DNA of 63,711 nt, taken from a virus (lineage: Duplodnaviria; Caudoviricetes). The stretch spans positions 1 through 63,711 of IMG/VR virus record IMGVR_UViG_3300021976_000012; one strand, 5' to 3'. The position numbers and the translations under genes were made by a program. Of the stretch, positions 37,739 to 48,414 are shown one piece after another. Under the pieces are notes generated by a model. The model ran no database searches. It was not told where the DNA came from and saw nothing but the letters and a program-made list of their open reading frames with translations. The number at the start of each line of letters is the position of its first letter. The first letter of the stretch is position 1.

Positions 37739-38602
37739 TTACAGCTTGAAGATCTTATTAGCTCCTGAATCCCAGGTTACTACAATGTTTCCACCGTTAG
37801 GTGTAACAGGTAACCCAGATCCAGTAGCAAGAGCCAAACCGCGAGCACCAGCATTAACAGTAGTAGAGGTTACCGTAATGGAACGATCACCAGCATTAGC
37901 TAATGATGTTAAAGTTGCTGACTGTCCAGTAGAGAATGCAATAGTTGTTGTGCTTGGAATACCATACTTCAGAGGTTCAACTGGGATTACTGTACCAGTC
38001 GTTGTAGTGTTACAAATAACAATCTGTTTACCAGTAATAAGTGCAGTCATACGTGATGTTGCTGGAGTACCAGTATCCTGCAAAATAGCCACTGCTTCCA
38101 CAGAAGCACCAGTAACCGCACTAAATGTTACATCATCAGCATCGGCAACACCATTAACAACAGTTTTAGTGGTAAGGTTACCAGAAAGGCTTCCAACTAG
38201 TCCACCATCGAAAGCATCCCAGAATCTAGTTCCAACAGTATTACGACCGAGGTTAACTGCATAGCCAGTAGCAACGCCTGTACCGTTGCCAGTCGCGTTA
38301 CCTCCAGTTACAGGATCAGTAAGTGAAAAAACTGAAGCAGAAGCAGCAGTAATTGCCCAAAGACCATTAGCAGAAGTGTTAACTAAGTGACCATCAATAT
38401 ACACTATGTCACCGTTTGTGAAACCATGTGCAACTGCTGTAGTTATAACAATTGGTGGTCCAACAACTGAACTAGCAATCTGTCGAACGCCAACTTCGGC
38501 AGTACTGAGGTCTAGTAGTGCTGCCTTGAAGTTCTGAGTATCCCAGTCCAATGAGCCATCGAGAAATCCTTCTCGACCAAACTCAAATAATGAATTAGCC
38601 AT
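37739..38602 (-). CDS. minor tail protein with an inserted beta domain
   Basis: DADDVTF...GLPVTPNGGNI.VTW..IFKL family with an ITT..AHG...GD.V.I insert. Confidence 0.7.
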   Translation of the reverse strand: MANSLFEFGREGFLDGSLDWDTQNFKAALLDLSTAEVGVRQIASSVVGPPIVITTAVAHGFTNGDIVYIDGHLVNTSANGLWAITAASASVFSLTDPVTGGNATGNGTGVATGYAVNLGRNTVGTRFWDAFDGGLVGSLSGNLTTKTVVNGVADADDVTFSAVTGASVEAVAILQDTGTPATSRMTALITGKQIVICNTTTTGTVIPVEPLKYGIPSTTTIAFSTGQSATLTSLANAGDRSITVTSTTVNAGARGLALATGSGLPVTPNGGNIVVTWDSGANKIFKL

Positions 38603-38614
38603 TAGTTTATCTCC

Positions 38615-39181
38615 TTAAGATGTTTGCTGATAGGCAAATATAGTAACTGCAATTCCGTAGTCCGCTAGGTTGTTAGTCGGAACAAGGAAATAAACTTGGA
38701 ACTGGTAACTAGCCTGTTGTATTCCAACAACGGGATACATCACACCTGTCCCTGTGGAGTCTTGACAAAAATATGTTACTGGAACAATTAATTGTTCCCC
38801 CTCATATGGACTAAATCTGGTTACCGTAAGAATGTATTGATTACCAGAAGCACTGAAATGAGGTGCATTTTCTGGGTTTGGGTCCTGTGTCACGAACACG
38901 CGATTATAAGGAACTCCACTTAGTGTTGGTCCGGCAGGACCAGTAGGACCAGTAGGACCAGTAGGACCAGTAGAACCTTGTGGTCCAGTTTGATTCCAAT
39001 TCAATGCTGTCCAACCAGATGGACATGTTGCAGCAGAATCAATTACTCGCATTGATCCATCAGTGTTCTTTCTGCAACCATTAATAACACCACCTGGTCC
39101 AGGAATTGATGCATATGCAACACCACCAACTAGTAGTATGCTAAATGCAATTCCAATAATAAGTGTTAATCTACGCTTCAT
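38615..39181 (-). CDS. signal-peptide collagen-like protein
   Basis: signal peptide, GVINGC..WNQTGPQG, short G-P-T repeat. Confidence 0.75.
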   Translation of the reverse strand: MKRRLTLIIGIAFSILLVGGVAYASIPGPGGVINGCRKNTDGSMRVIDSAATCPSGWTALNWNQTGPQGSTGPTGPTGPTGPAGPTLSGVPYNRVFVTQDPNPENAPHFSASGNQYILTVTRFSPYEGEQLIVPVTYFCQDSTGTGVMYPVVGIQQASYQFQVYFLVPTNNLADYGIAVTIFAYQQTS

Positions 39182-39528
39182 CGAGTCACTTCCAAACTTA
39201 ATGAGGCACTACCCTTTAGAATTCTTATTACGTTTGTAGTACTACTAAATATCTCTACGTCATAATAAGCAGTCGTAAAGGCTAGTGGAGTTGTAATATC
39301 GGCACCCACAGTTATCGTGACGATGCCTCCTGGACTGTTAATAGTAATCATACCATTTGCAGTATTAGCATCTAGCAATACTGTGGCTGATGTTTCGGTG
39401 GGACGAATCTGCATCCTACCTGAATAACCAGTTAGATCCTTGACAGTACCATCTTTGTTCCGAACTTGAACGTTACGTTCAAATTTGATTCCTTGCTCAA
39501 TTAGAATATCTAACTGAGTAGCTGGCAT
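39178..39528 (-). CDS. baseplate/fibre adaptor beta-sandwich protein
   Basis: IEQG..F, DLTGYSGRMQIR, YYDVE, RILKG...EVTR. Confidence 0.75.
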   Translation of the reverse strand: MPATQLDILIEQGIKFERNVQVRNKDGTVKDLTGYSGRMQIRPTETSATVLLDANTANGMITINSPGGIVTITVGADITTPLAFTTAYYDVEIFSSTTNVIRILKGSASLSLEVTR

Positions 39529-39544
39529 GTTATCACTTCATTCT

Positions 39545-40312
39545 CTATGATCCACTGCCAATGCCAATTGCCGACATTACACATACACCAACAGATCCAG
39601 CACCAGATGCGACTCTGGCCTCAATGTCAATCTCGAACTCGTCTAGGTGGTTTCCAGGCAAAATGAATGGTCCATATGTGAAGTGTCCTATACCGGTAGG
39701 TATGGTAAACGGAACTCCACCGAGAAGAGTATCGGTATCGGTTCCAGTGACTATTCGGAATCGAACTTCAGCAGTAGTGGATGTAACGTTGATTCTTACT
39801 CTGAACTGTACACGGGGATGCTGTTTACGCCATACTGCTCGTTGCAAACCAACGAATGTGCCACCTGATGTGGTGTCTAATGGTACACCGGTTATAGATA
39901 CGAACTGCCCAGCGAGATACGGTTTGTCCAAGCCCATGCCAGTGGTGCCGTCGTCAAGGAAGACGTAGTTGCCCTTGGCGTCCTGGATCGCGACGAACTC
40001 GAAGCCGAATAAGTTGCTGGCAACCTGAAAGGAGATAGTACCATCACGTCGCTTGAATACTGCTCGCTCTACTGGGCCAAACCCAGTTTCAATTTTGCCA
40101 ATCTCCAACAATGGAACGCCATTGTCGTGCAGTACCTTCAATCCACCAATTGCATCGAAGGTGACAGCGCCAGTACTAACACTAGAATTGGATAGCTGTG
40201 GAGTGCGTTCAAGTGCTGAGATACGTTTTTGTAGTGCAATAATCATATCGAGTAGATCTTGGTCTGATCTGTACCTGCCTTGTGTATTACTACCCATTTT
40301 CGTCTCCTGCAA
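39545..40312 (-). CDS. minor tail protein
   Basis: N-terminal coiled coil RISALERTPQL; synteny. Confidence 0.7.
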   Translation of the reverse strand: MQETKMGSNTQGRYRSDQDLLDMIIALQKRISALERTPQLSNSSVSTGAVTFDAIGGLKVLHDNGVPLLEIGKIETGFGPVERAVFKRRDGTISFQVASNLFGFEFVAIQDAKGNYVFLDDGTTGMGLDKPYLAGQFVSITGVPLDTTSGGTFVGLQRAVWRKQHPRVQFRVRINVTSTTAEVRFRIVTGTDTDTLLGGVPFTIPTGIGHFTYGPFILPGNHLDEFEIDIEARVASGAGSVGVCVMSAIGIGSGS

Positions 40313-41378
40313 ATATTATGGAAAACTCTTCTGTATTTTCAGAAGATTGTGGCTGTAAAGTCCACTTTGTAATACGAGCCGAGAAAGTAAAGCCTGAAGG
40401 AAAACGTGAATCCGTAATGACTAGGTTACATGCATCACCAAGTCCAAAGCTACCAAACTCTGGTACAACGTTTGCCTTCAAAGAAGGCTTTACGACTAGC
40501 ATAGGTGGACGACGAATAGTTCCCTCTTGAATACCAAAGCTATCAACTTGAGCTTGATTATCAATATCTTTACGTGAAGAAGTGATATCCCATCTTGGTG
40601 ATCCAGAGTCGAGTAAGTCTTGGTGCACATATTCGGTATAAATCATCGAAGTGCCTTCGCCAGATCCTAGTGTGAAGACATTTGTACCTGCATCCGTCAT
40701 CGACTCAGTGGCATAGTAGTTCAGAATGTTACCTGGATATTCAAATGTTAGCTGTCTAGGATCTGTAGTACCAATTGTTGGATGGCCAGCACGAAGGGTT
40801 TTAATGTAGTTACTACCAGACTTACCAATGTCAATGGTCCAGTCAAAGCCATCAGCCGAGTCTGCGAGGCTGGATATGATCTCATCATAGTATTTAAAGT
40901 CCGATGCTGCCACTACAACTGATTTAGGTATTACTGTTGGTGGTATCCCAGATGGAAGGTTAATGTTTAGGTTACGACTAGCAGTGGAATTCATCATGTC
41001 TGTCCACAGACTATTGAATATTATTAGCTGCTCTGTATTTGTAGATACGAAATCATTTCTAATCAATTGATGTGTAGGATAGTACTCGAAACTCTGCGCG
41101 TATAATTGTATTGTCTTGGCTTGGCTTTGGTACGTCCGACTCCAAACATAACCACCCCATACAGGTTGACCTTCTCGTTCACAAACAACAAAACACCGAC
41201 CTGGAATGGTTGCATCCATTAATGTCTGATTATCAAAACCAGTCATATCTAGATTGAATGAACCATCGAATCTCCCACCAACATTAAGCTCATTGTCCAT
41301 GTATGTTCCGAATAGAGGAATCTCTGCGATGATCGATTCTGTACGGAGTGATCCAAAAATGTATCTATATTCAGTCAT
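40290..41378 (-). CDS. minor tail protein (Tal/hub-like)
   Basis: PVWGGYVWSR, GFDW, FEYPGNI, GLGD; synteny. Confidence 0.8.
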   Translation of the reverse strand: MTEYRYIFGSLRTESIIAEIPLFGTYMDNELNVGGRFDGSFNLDMTGFDNQTLMDATIPGRCFVVCEREGQPVWGGYVWSRTYQSQAKTIQLYAQSFEYYPTHQLIRNDFVSTNTEQLIIFNSLWTDMMNSTASRNLNINLPSGIPPTVIPKSVVVAASDFKYYDEIISSLADSADGFDWTIDIGKSGSNYIKTLRAGHPTIGTTDPRQLTFEYPGNILNYYATESMTDAGTNVFTLGSGEGTSMIYTEYVHQDLLDSGSPRWDITSSRKDIDNQAQVDSFGIQEGTIRRPPMLVVKPSLKANVVPEFGSFGLGDACNLVITDSRFPSGFTFSARITKWTLQPQSSENTEEFSIIFAGDENG

Positions 41379-41712
41379 CGTATTGTCCTCTTATAGTCTC
41401 TGCAACTAAATCCTTTTTGCTTAATGTAAGTTTGCGTGCCCTAGTTAGTAGTCGTAGAGGCCACCAGGCAAAGATCACAAAGGCCATAAACAAGCTCAAA
41501 GTTACTATTCTACGCCCAGGCCAGTCACCCAAAATTAGATTTGCTAAAACTGAGCTGAACAGTGCTCCCATGTTAGCATATACAATCATCATGAAGCGAC
41601 CGGCTTCAGTGTGTCGCCAAGCTCCACCACTGAGAATGGCGTAACGTATCACGAAGGTAATGCATCCAAGAAGCCCTGTGGCAGTAATACTTCCTAGAAA
41701 CCATTGATACAT
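41371..41712 (-). CDS. holin-like membrane protein
   Basis: three TM helices, W..T.AGR motif. Confidence 0.65.
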   Translation of the reverse strand: MYQWFLGSITATGLLGCITFVIRYAILSGGAWRHTEAGRFMMIVYANMGALFSSVLANLILGDWPGRRIVTLSLFMAFVIFAWWPLRLLTRARKLTLSKKDLVAETIRGQYDD

Positions 41713-41891
41713 TAGTTGCGCACCCCCAATGCCTTCATTATGTCACTAGCTAACCCGTTTTCGCGAACTATTTTACTCGTACGGCGAGAAAGGTCATTCA
41801 CCCTCTTATCATCGTTAAGCACCTTTTCGAGCCGTTCTTGAGCTTGCACCACCGCTTTAGATGGTTTTGGCTTGCTCCACGGCCATCTCAC
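41712..41891 (-). CDS. 59-aa lysis-cassette protein (absent from the ORF track)
   Basis: GTG start MRWPWSKPK...RENG.A..I; coupled to both neighbours. Confidence 0.6.
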   Translation of the reverse strand: MRWPWSKPKPSKAVVQAQERLEKVLNDDKRVNDLSRRTSKIVRENGLASDIMKALGVRN

Positions 41892-42157
41892 GATATGGGC
41901 CTCGATTCTTTGCCTGTCTTCTTTATATCCTCCAACATATGAACGATAACTTCATTCTGATTAATGAGCTTATCGAATTGTTCATCACGTTTTGCTAGTG
42001 TAGCCTTAAGATAATCGTTCTCTTCCCTCTTGTCCTTGATTCGTTGGTTGTGAGTCCATCTTGGAATTAATCCGCCAAGGAAAACCAGCATAAAGCAGGC
42101 ACTCGCCAACCCCCAAGGACCTAAGGTACCTAATACCGATTCCGTTGGCAATGTCAT
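41888..42157 (-). CDS. membrane protein of the lysis cassette
   Basis: TM helix, G.LIPR motif, coiled coil. Confidence 0.65.
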   Translation of the reverse strand: MTLPTESVLGTLGPWGLASACFMLVFLGGLIPRWTHNQRIKDKREENDYLKATLAKRDEQFDKLINQNEVIVHMLEDIKKTGKESRPIS

Positions 42158-42163
42158 CCTCTC

Positions 42164-43258
42164 TTATACTGGAATTGCCTCAGTAACAGCTATACGGTAC
42201 TGTGCGTTACCATTAGCAGATATGGTTACTGTTCCAGATCCACTAAAAAAGTTGATGTACAATCCAACAGAGTAGGTTCCACTAGCTGAGGCAACAAACT
42301 CACTAATAAAGGTGAAGTTGTCTGACGTCGAGGTGTCACTTGGGACTGCATATGTTATTGCATTTGTTGTGGTAGCACTACCTGCAACAGGTGGTCCAGA
42401 ACCGGCTACATGTTTCCCTTGAAGAATGGCCTGACTACCAGCAACTGATCCCTTAATTCTAGAAGTAACCGTCAGAATGTATGTATTACCAACTTCGGCA
42501 GTGAATGTCATTGGGCCTATGACTCCAGAAACGCCAGCATTGGTGACTGCATCGCCTCCAGTATAGTAAGCTACACCAGCGAGGTACTTACGCTTGGAAA
42601 GCTCGACCCACGACGTACCACCATCGTAGGTTACATACGTTCTGTTGTTGTCCCACTGAGTAATGATCTGCCCAAAGGCAACAGTACCAGCTGCGGGTCG
42701 CGTTGTAGAGGTACAAAGGATCGAGCCCTGATCTATCCATATACGCTTGTCAGTAATATTCGCAGTGGTAATCGTTGAGACAGCAGCACCAACTGCAATC
42801 TGTGCAAGAGTTAGTGAGTTGTCAGGGGCAGTAGGAACTACCGGTGATCCAGATGGAGTACCAGCAACAACTACTATTGAACATGTATTAACTGCTCCTG
42901 AATATTGACTATCTTGAACTTTAATACAAACTATGTCGATGCGAGCTAGTGTTGCATGTGCCGCAGTTACCGATACAGTAACGTCAGCATCATTCAAAAC
43001 GCCATAGGCACCTTGCGAAGCATTTTCACTACCTGGTACCCATGCAACACCAGATCTGACAATAACTGCCATTGATGGTGAACCAGTTTGTATTACTACA
43101 AGCTTATTACCTAGTGCATGATGACATCCACCGCGACTCACTAGAGAACCGGAAACCCTAGTACCAGCAGCAAGTCCTGAGATGTAATTGCGCATCTGAA
43201 CTGCCGTGTTAGTAGCACCAGAGTTCTGCAACCATCCAGGAGGAACGAACAATGACAT
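42164..43258 (-). CDS. minor tail protein
   Basis: A.ATLARID, GTP...P..P..P, LAQI.V, ITDKR. Confidence 0.8.
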   Translation of the reverse strand: MSLFVPPGWLQNSGATNTAVQMRNYISGLAAGTRVSGSLVSRGGCHHALGNKLVVIQTGSPSMAVIVRSGVAWVPGSENASQGAYGVLNDADVTVSVTAAHATLARIDIVCIKVQDSQYSGAVNTCSIVVVAGTPSGSPVVPTAPDNSLTLAQIAVGAAVSTITTANITDKRIWIDQGSILCTSTTRPAAGTVAFGQIITQWDNNRTYVTYDGGTSWVELSKRKYLAGVAYYTGGDAVTNAGVSGVIGPMTFTAEVGNTYILTVTSRIKGSVAGSQAILQGKHVAGSGPPVAGSATTTNAITYAVPSDTSTSDNFTFISEFVASASGTYSVGLYINFFSGSGTVTISANGNAQYRIAVTEAIPV

Positions 43259-43261
43259 TCT

Positions 43262-45229
43262 TTACCTCCATGCATTTCTGTAACTAATAGTGAGTGAACC
43301 CACAGGTGTAGCGGCACCAGCAAATATTACATCATCAATCCATACAGACTGACCTGTTGGAGTTCCAGATATTGTCGGACCAAATCTAGCAAAAGCTGCA
43401 CCAATAGGAGCGGTTCCAACTATCGATCTAGAAGACCAAGTAGCTGCTGGGAGAGCAGTGTTGGCACCATCACTATTTGTACTTATATAAACATCTAGAG
43501 CATCATACCAGTCAATAGCACAACCAAAATTCGCCCAACCAGCAGTAGAACGTCCCCACAGGGTTAGGCTACATGATTGCCCAGTTGTAACTGGCAATTT
43601 GCGTCTGACAATAGCTTGACTAGGTGATCCGATAACAGTCATAAATCCTGAAAGTGTTCCTCCGTGTGCTTGCACAGCAGAGGACACAAACGTTGCACTA
43701 CCAAAAGCGTCCCAGTCACTTACGTCACCATCTTCAAAATCATCTGTGACAGTCATAATGCCGGAACCTGAAGCACCACCAAATCTGATGAAAGTACTAC
43801 CAGTGTCTAACAGGAACCAATCCGCATTAGTCATAGCTCCACGAACGTTAGTAACACCATTAAGAATTGCCGTCCTGTTATCCAGGTCCAGAACAATTGA
43901 GTCACCAACAGCCAGATCATAGTCAAATCTTATGATCTTGCCGTTAGTATCATTAACAATAATAGGATCAGATACTGGTCCGTTAATAGTCATCAGTGCT
44001 GGAGTAGGTCTGTTACCTGAGACCGTAACACTGCTACCATTTGGCAAGACCACTGCACCGAAGTTTATTGGGAATGCAAATCCTGAATCATCATTTATAG
44101 ATAGGTTATCCCATACGAAGGACTGCGGTAGGCTATTCGTATTACCTGTAGTCAAGAAGGACGAAACACGAAGATTGCCAGCAGCGGTAATACTAGAATC
44201 AACTGCACTAACCAACCATGATGTAGGTTCTACTTGACCAAAAAGCCATGCTTTAGCCCAAATCTGAGTACCTATTGCTTGAAATCTAATATTAATCTTA
44301 TTTGCAGGAACAACACCAGGAGCTACTGTAGCTGCGGCTATGGTTGTAGTCACACCAGCAACTACCTTAACTAGTTCAAGGGTGACAGTATTAGCGACTT
44401 TTCTTGCAACATTTAGTCGATAGTGATTGCTAGCATCCACAAACCTTATGTCGTAAAAATCTACAAAGTCCTGAGTCAGTGGTGCTGCTGCCAAAGTACT
44501 GTCATCGCTAGTTCTTAGATCTTGATCAACGAGCGCAATTGAACCCAATACTATTGAGTGAGTAGCATTAACCGCAGTATGAGCTATACGAGCGTCTGTT
44601 CCTGTTGCAGAGAAATCAGCCGCTGTACCAGCAGTTATAGTCCAGACTTGTAATGTATCCGACGTACCCCAGTTGCTTGATACAGTACGTGTAAAGGTAT
44701 CTAAGACAACTGGAGTGAAAGTTGGAGTGAAACTAAAACCTGTCGTAACGAGTCCACCGAATGTAACGGTTGAACTCTGTAACAAATTATCATATATACG
44801 AGGATCTTCAGCGTACATTAAAAATTGAATTGCAGTCATACCAAGACGACGAGCAGTATCCCAGTCGAATCTAACTCCGCGAGGTTTAACAAAAATTACT
44901 CGCTCTGCAACTCCAGTAGATTTAAAGTAAAATGGAATTGGACTAGTTACTGGACCAAAATTTGCTTTTAGTGAATCCAAGTATGGTTCAACATTATTGA
45001 TGGTGCCAAAAGCAGTACCTTCTAAAGCTATCTCTCTACCCTGCTCGAATTCAGCATCAATGAATCCACCATCTTGACCCTCATGGTCACGAACTGTTTC
45101 ACGATATGGTGCGGAATCCAAACCAGATACTTTTTCTATATCTACATATGGAGTAGCAATATCTGACCCGTTTAATCTGACTCCAGTATTATTCAACTGG
45201 AATTCGTAGTCAGAAAGCCCAATAGTCAT
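43262..45229 (-). CDS. distal tail protein (evolved Dit with carbohydrate-binding-like inserts)
   Basis: follows the tape measure; AEDPRIY, G..PTP...I.GP..P, YRNAWR. Confidence 0.8.
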   Translation of the reverse strand: MTIGLSDYEFQLNNTGVRLNGSDIATPYVDIEKVSGLDSAPYRETVRDHEGQDGGFIDAEFEQGREIALEGTAFGTINNVEPYLDSLKANFGPVTSPIPFYFKSTGVAERVIFVKPRGVRFDWDTARRLGMTAIQFLMYAEDPRIYDNLLQSSTVTFGGLVTTGFSFTPTFTPVVLDTFTRTVSSNWGTSDTLQVWTITAGTAADFSATGTDARIAHTAVNATHSIVLGSIALVDQDLRTSDDSTLAAAPLTQDFVDFYDIRFVDASNHYRLNVARKVANTVTLELVKVVAGVTTTIAAATVAPGVVPANKINIRFQAIGTQIWAKAWLFGQVEPTSWLVSAVDSSITAAGNLRVSSFLTTGNTNSLPQSFVWDNLSINDDSGFAFPINFGAVVLPNGSSVTVSGNRPTPALMTINGPVSDPIIVNDTNGKIIRFDYDLAVGDSIVLDLDNRTAILNGVTNVRGAMTNADWFLLDTGSTFIRFGGASGSGIMTVTDDFEDGDVSDWDAFGSATFVSSAVQAHGGTLSGFMTVIGSPSQAIVRRKLPVTTGQSCSLTLWGRSTAGWANFGCAIDWYDALDVYISTNSDGANTALPAATWSSRSIVGTAPIGAAFARFGPTISGTPTGQSVWIDDVIFAGAATPVGSLTISYRNAWR

Positions 45230-48200
45230 TAAGACCTTCCTCCCAGGAGCCAGCCTAGCTCTGATGCATGACGACGTGGATTAATTTCTTGTGTATTGAT
45301 AATGATTTGCTGATTGATATTCTTACCTGTGGATACTCCAGCAGTCAAACTTGGTGTCGCAATACCTGAGGCAGTAGATGCAAGATTAGATACATTAGCA
45401 ATTAAACTAATCTTGCTATTAATACCTTGTTCCAACTGCTTCACTAAGTTTTGACCAGCATAGTACATGCCACCCTTACCCGATAACGGACCAATCTTGG
45501 CAGGTGAGTGTGGGAAGTGGTCTTTGATGAATCCAGTAACCTTATCAATAGCGCCACCAAGATTCTTAATACCACTTGTAATACCATCAATCAATCCTTG
45601 GATAAGATTTTTACCAGCATTGAACAGCCAACTACCAATACCAGAGAAGAAGTTTCTAATCGTATTCCAAGTATTGACAACTGCACCCCACACTGCAAGA
45701 AGCCGTTCTCCGATAACATTTGATAATGTCATCCAGATGGCTCTAGCATTAGCAACAATGCCGTTCCAAACACCACTCAGGTAGCTAGTAATAGCCGCCC
45801 AGGTACCTGTAGCAGCACTCTTAATTGTATTCCACGCACCAGTGAAGAATGCAACCAAACCATTCCATACCACAGCAGCTACTGTAACTATCGCAGCCCA
45901 GATCGCTTTTAGATATGGGAATATAGCATCCCAAATTGCATGTACTATATTGCTAACAAAATTCCAAGCATTATTCCATGCTGTCTTAATTAGTTCTAGA
46001 CCCCATAGGACCACGAACATAATAGAAGCAATAGCCAGCTTGATTATAGATACAATCAAGTTCCATATTGCAATAACTAGTTGACCAATTGGACCATTCC
46101 AGTATGAACTCCACATTGAACTAAACCAAGCTGAGAAGGAATTCCATACACCTACAATGGTATTCCAAACACCGGTGAAGAAGCTAACAATTCCATTCCA
46201 AATAGTCACGAAGAAGTCAGATATCGCTTGCCAAGTAGTCTTAGCAACTCCTACTAACCAACCCCATGCCTTTGGTACTTCAGTGCCAAACCACTTTACT
46301 ATTGCTTTAACAGCTTCGACTAGTAGAATTATTGCCCCAATAACTATAGCAATAACTGCGGCGACTGCTAAGAACGCAACCACCACAGGACCGGCTAGAA
46401 TCAGGGCGAGGATTCCTCCTGCAATCAATCCTATCTTTAATAGCCACTTGGTAAACCACGCCAGTGCAGAAATAACACCCTTAATAGTATCTTCATGGTC
46501 GTGGTAGAACTTAGTTAGTTTTTCAATGGCTGGAATAACAACACTTTTTATTAAGCTGGCTAGAATCTTGAATGCAAGAACTACTCCATCTTTAATGTTG
46601 TTTCCAAGTTCCATTGCTGCTTTGAACATTTGACCTTGAATGAAGCTTTCTAGATCTCTTAATACTGGCATTACTTTGTCTCGAACTATATCTGATAGAG
46701 ATGTGAAAGCCGGCTGCATGTACTTTTCCCATGCATCCCTTATTGCTTGTCCAGTTGGTATTATGTAGTTCTTCCAAAAGTCTTGTAGTCTAGCGCCGGT
46801 ATCACTAATTATGCCACGGAAAGTAGCACTCTTAGCCCACGCTATACCAATCGCAGTAGCAAAGATTGCAAATGCTGCTGTTACTGCTGCTAGAATACCG
46901 ACAGTAATGAATAGAGCCGATCCTGCTACTACTACAGCAGCAACAAATGCAGTTATTGTTCCTAGTATTAGTAGTGCGATACCACCAAAGATAGATAGTC
47001 CTACTGCTAGCGCCATAATTGTAGCAATAACTTTTTGAACCTTTGGATCAAGCTTGTTGAACCAATCGAACAATCCACCCAAGACAGCAACAACTTTGAT
47101 GAAGACTGGAATTAAAGCTTCTCCGGCCTTGATCTTTAATGTTTGCCACTTGTTCGCAAGTAGTTCCGATTTAGCCGCAGCAGTATCTGCCATAATAGAA
47201 TAGGCTTGTTCGAATGATCCAGATTCTGTTGACATAGTTTGGAAAATGCTCTTGAATAGTTCCAAGTTTCCGGGTGTAAGCAACATGTTCTGTAGGAATC
47301 TTCGAGCCTCAATGGTTCCACCAGCACCCTTGAACACATCAAGGATTGTTGCAATCTTATCTGCTGGTGGTACCTTTTCTAGTGCTGTACGGAACTCTAA
47401 TAGAACATCAATCATTGGTCTGAAGTGACCTGTAGCATCTAGAGCATTAACACCAAGTGCTTTCATGGCTGTAACGGCTTTTGGATTAGACATAGCATCC
47501 ATAGCACGAGACACAGCAGTACCAGATCGAGCCGCAGAAATACCCATACGAGTAGTAACAGCTAGAGCAGCAGTCATCATTTCAACAGACTGACCAGCAC
47601 GTACTGCCGATGGAGACACTAGACCAATTCTCTGGGTCCATTCCTCATATGTACCAACACCTTCCTTAACCAACTGGAACTGCAAATCCATAAGGTGGTT
47701 AACAGAAGTTATTGGTAGTTGGAATGCGTTCATGATACCAATGGTAGCTCTAGATGCATTGCTAATATCAGTCTGACCAGCAACAGCAGCTTTAGCGAAT
47801 GTTCTTAGTAGACTTTCCGCATCCTTAGCTCCAACTTCCATGGATGAGAAGATGTCGAACAATGCCGGCTGAATTTGATCAAATGACACACCAATACTAT
47901 TTGCTACTCTAAAACCAATATCCTCAATGTCCTTTAATGACGTTGCGAATTTATCAACCTGAGTACGAGTTAGTGATGATTGCTTTTGGTAATCAATAGC
48001 ACTATTCACAAGACTCTTCAGTCCCATTGTGCCAATGACACCAGCAGCAAGCATACCGGTACCTGCTGCAATCATTGTTGCAGAAGCACCACCGAGAGCA
48101 GTACTCAGTTTCTGAGCACTAACTCTACTCTCCTCAAGGGAAGCTCTGTGGATTCTTGACTGAGAGATCTCTTTATCAATAGCAGAAATGCGATTCATTG

Positions 48201-48405
48201 TTGCAATTTGATCTGCTTTAGAAGCACCAGTCATACGTTGCATGGCTAGTTGGTTTCTTAAAGCTGATCTAGCACCCTGCAAGTTCGCCTGTTGAACACT
48301 ATCGCCAACCATACGAATGTCTCTAGAGAACGAACGCATGGCCCGTGTACCTTCATCACGGGCCTTGAGAACGAGCCATAGATCGCGTGTCGCACTGAAT
48401 GGCAT
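45229..48405 (-). CDS. tape measure protein (TP901-type)
   Basis: about 1058 aa, Ala-rich, Trp-periodic repeats, PHSPAK.GP. Confidence 0.93.
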   Translation of the reverse strand: MPFSATRDLWLVLKARDEGTRAMRSFSRDIRMVGDSVQQANLQGARSALRNQLAMQRMTGASKADQIATMNRISAIDKEISQSRIHRASLEESRVSAQKLSTALGGASATMIAAGTGMLAAGVIGTMGLKSLVNSAIDYQKQSSLTRTQVDKFATSLKDIEDIGFRVANSIGVSFDQIQPALFDIFSSMEVGAKDAESLLRTFAKAAVAGQTDISNASRATIGIMNAFQLPITSVNHLMDLQFQLVKEGVGTYEEWTQRIGLVSPSAVRAGQSVEMMTAALAVTTRMGISAARSGTAVSRAMDAMSNPKAVTAMKALGVNALDATGHFRPMIDVLLEFRTALEKVPPADKIATILDVFKGAGGTIEARRFLQNMLLTPGNLELFKSIFQTMSTESGSFEQAYSIMADTAAAKSELLANKWQTLKIKAGEALIPVFIKVVAVLGGLFDWFNKLDPKVQKVIATIMALAVGLSIFGGIALLILGTITAFVAAVVVAGSALFITVGILAAVTAAFAIFATAIGIAWAKSATFRGIISDTGARLQDFWKNYIIPTGQAIRDAWEKYMQPAFTSLSDIVRDKVMPVLRDLESFIQGQMFKAAMELGNNIKDGVVLAFKILASLIKSVVIPAIEKLTKFYHDHEDTIKGVISALAWFTKWLLKIGLIAGGILALILAGPVVVAFLAVAAVIAIVIGAIILLVEAVKAIVKWFGTEVPKAWGWLVGVAKTTWQAISDFFVTIWNGIVSFFTGVWNTIVGVWNSFSAWFSSMWSSYWNGPIGQLVIAIWNLIVSIIKLAIASIMFVVLWGLELIKTAWNNAWNFVSNIVHAIWDAIFPYLKAIWAAIVTVAAVVWNGLVAFFTGAWNTIKSAATGTWAAITSYLSGVWNGIVANARAIWMTLSNVIGERLLAVWGAVVNTWNTIRNFFSGIGSWLFNAGKNLIQGLIDGITSGIKNLGGAIDKVTGFIKDHFPHSPAKIGPLSGKGGMYYAGQNLVKQLEQGINSKISLIANVSNLASTASGIATPSLTAGVSTGKNINQQIIINTQEINPRRHASELGWLLGGRS

Positions 48406-48414
48406 TCTATCCAA

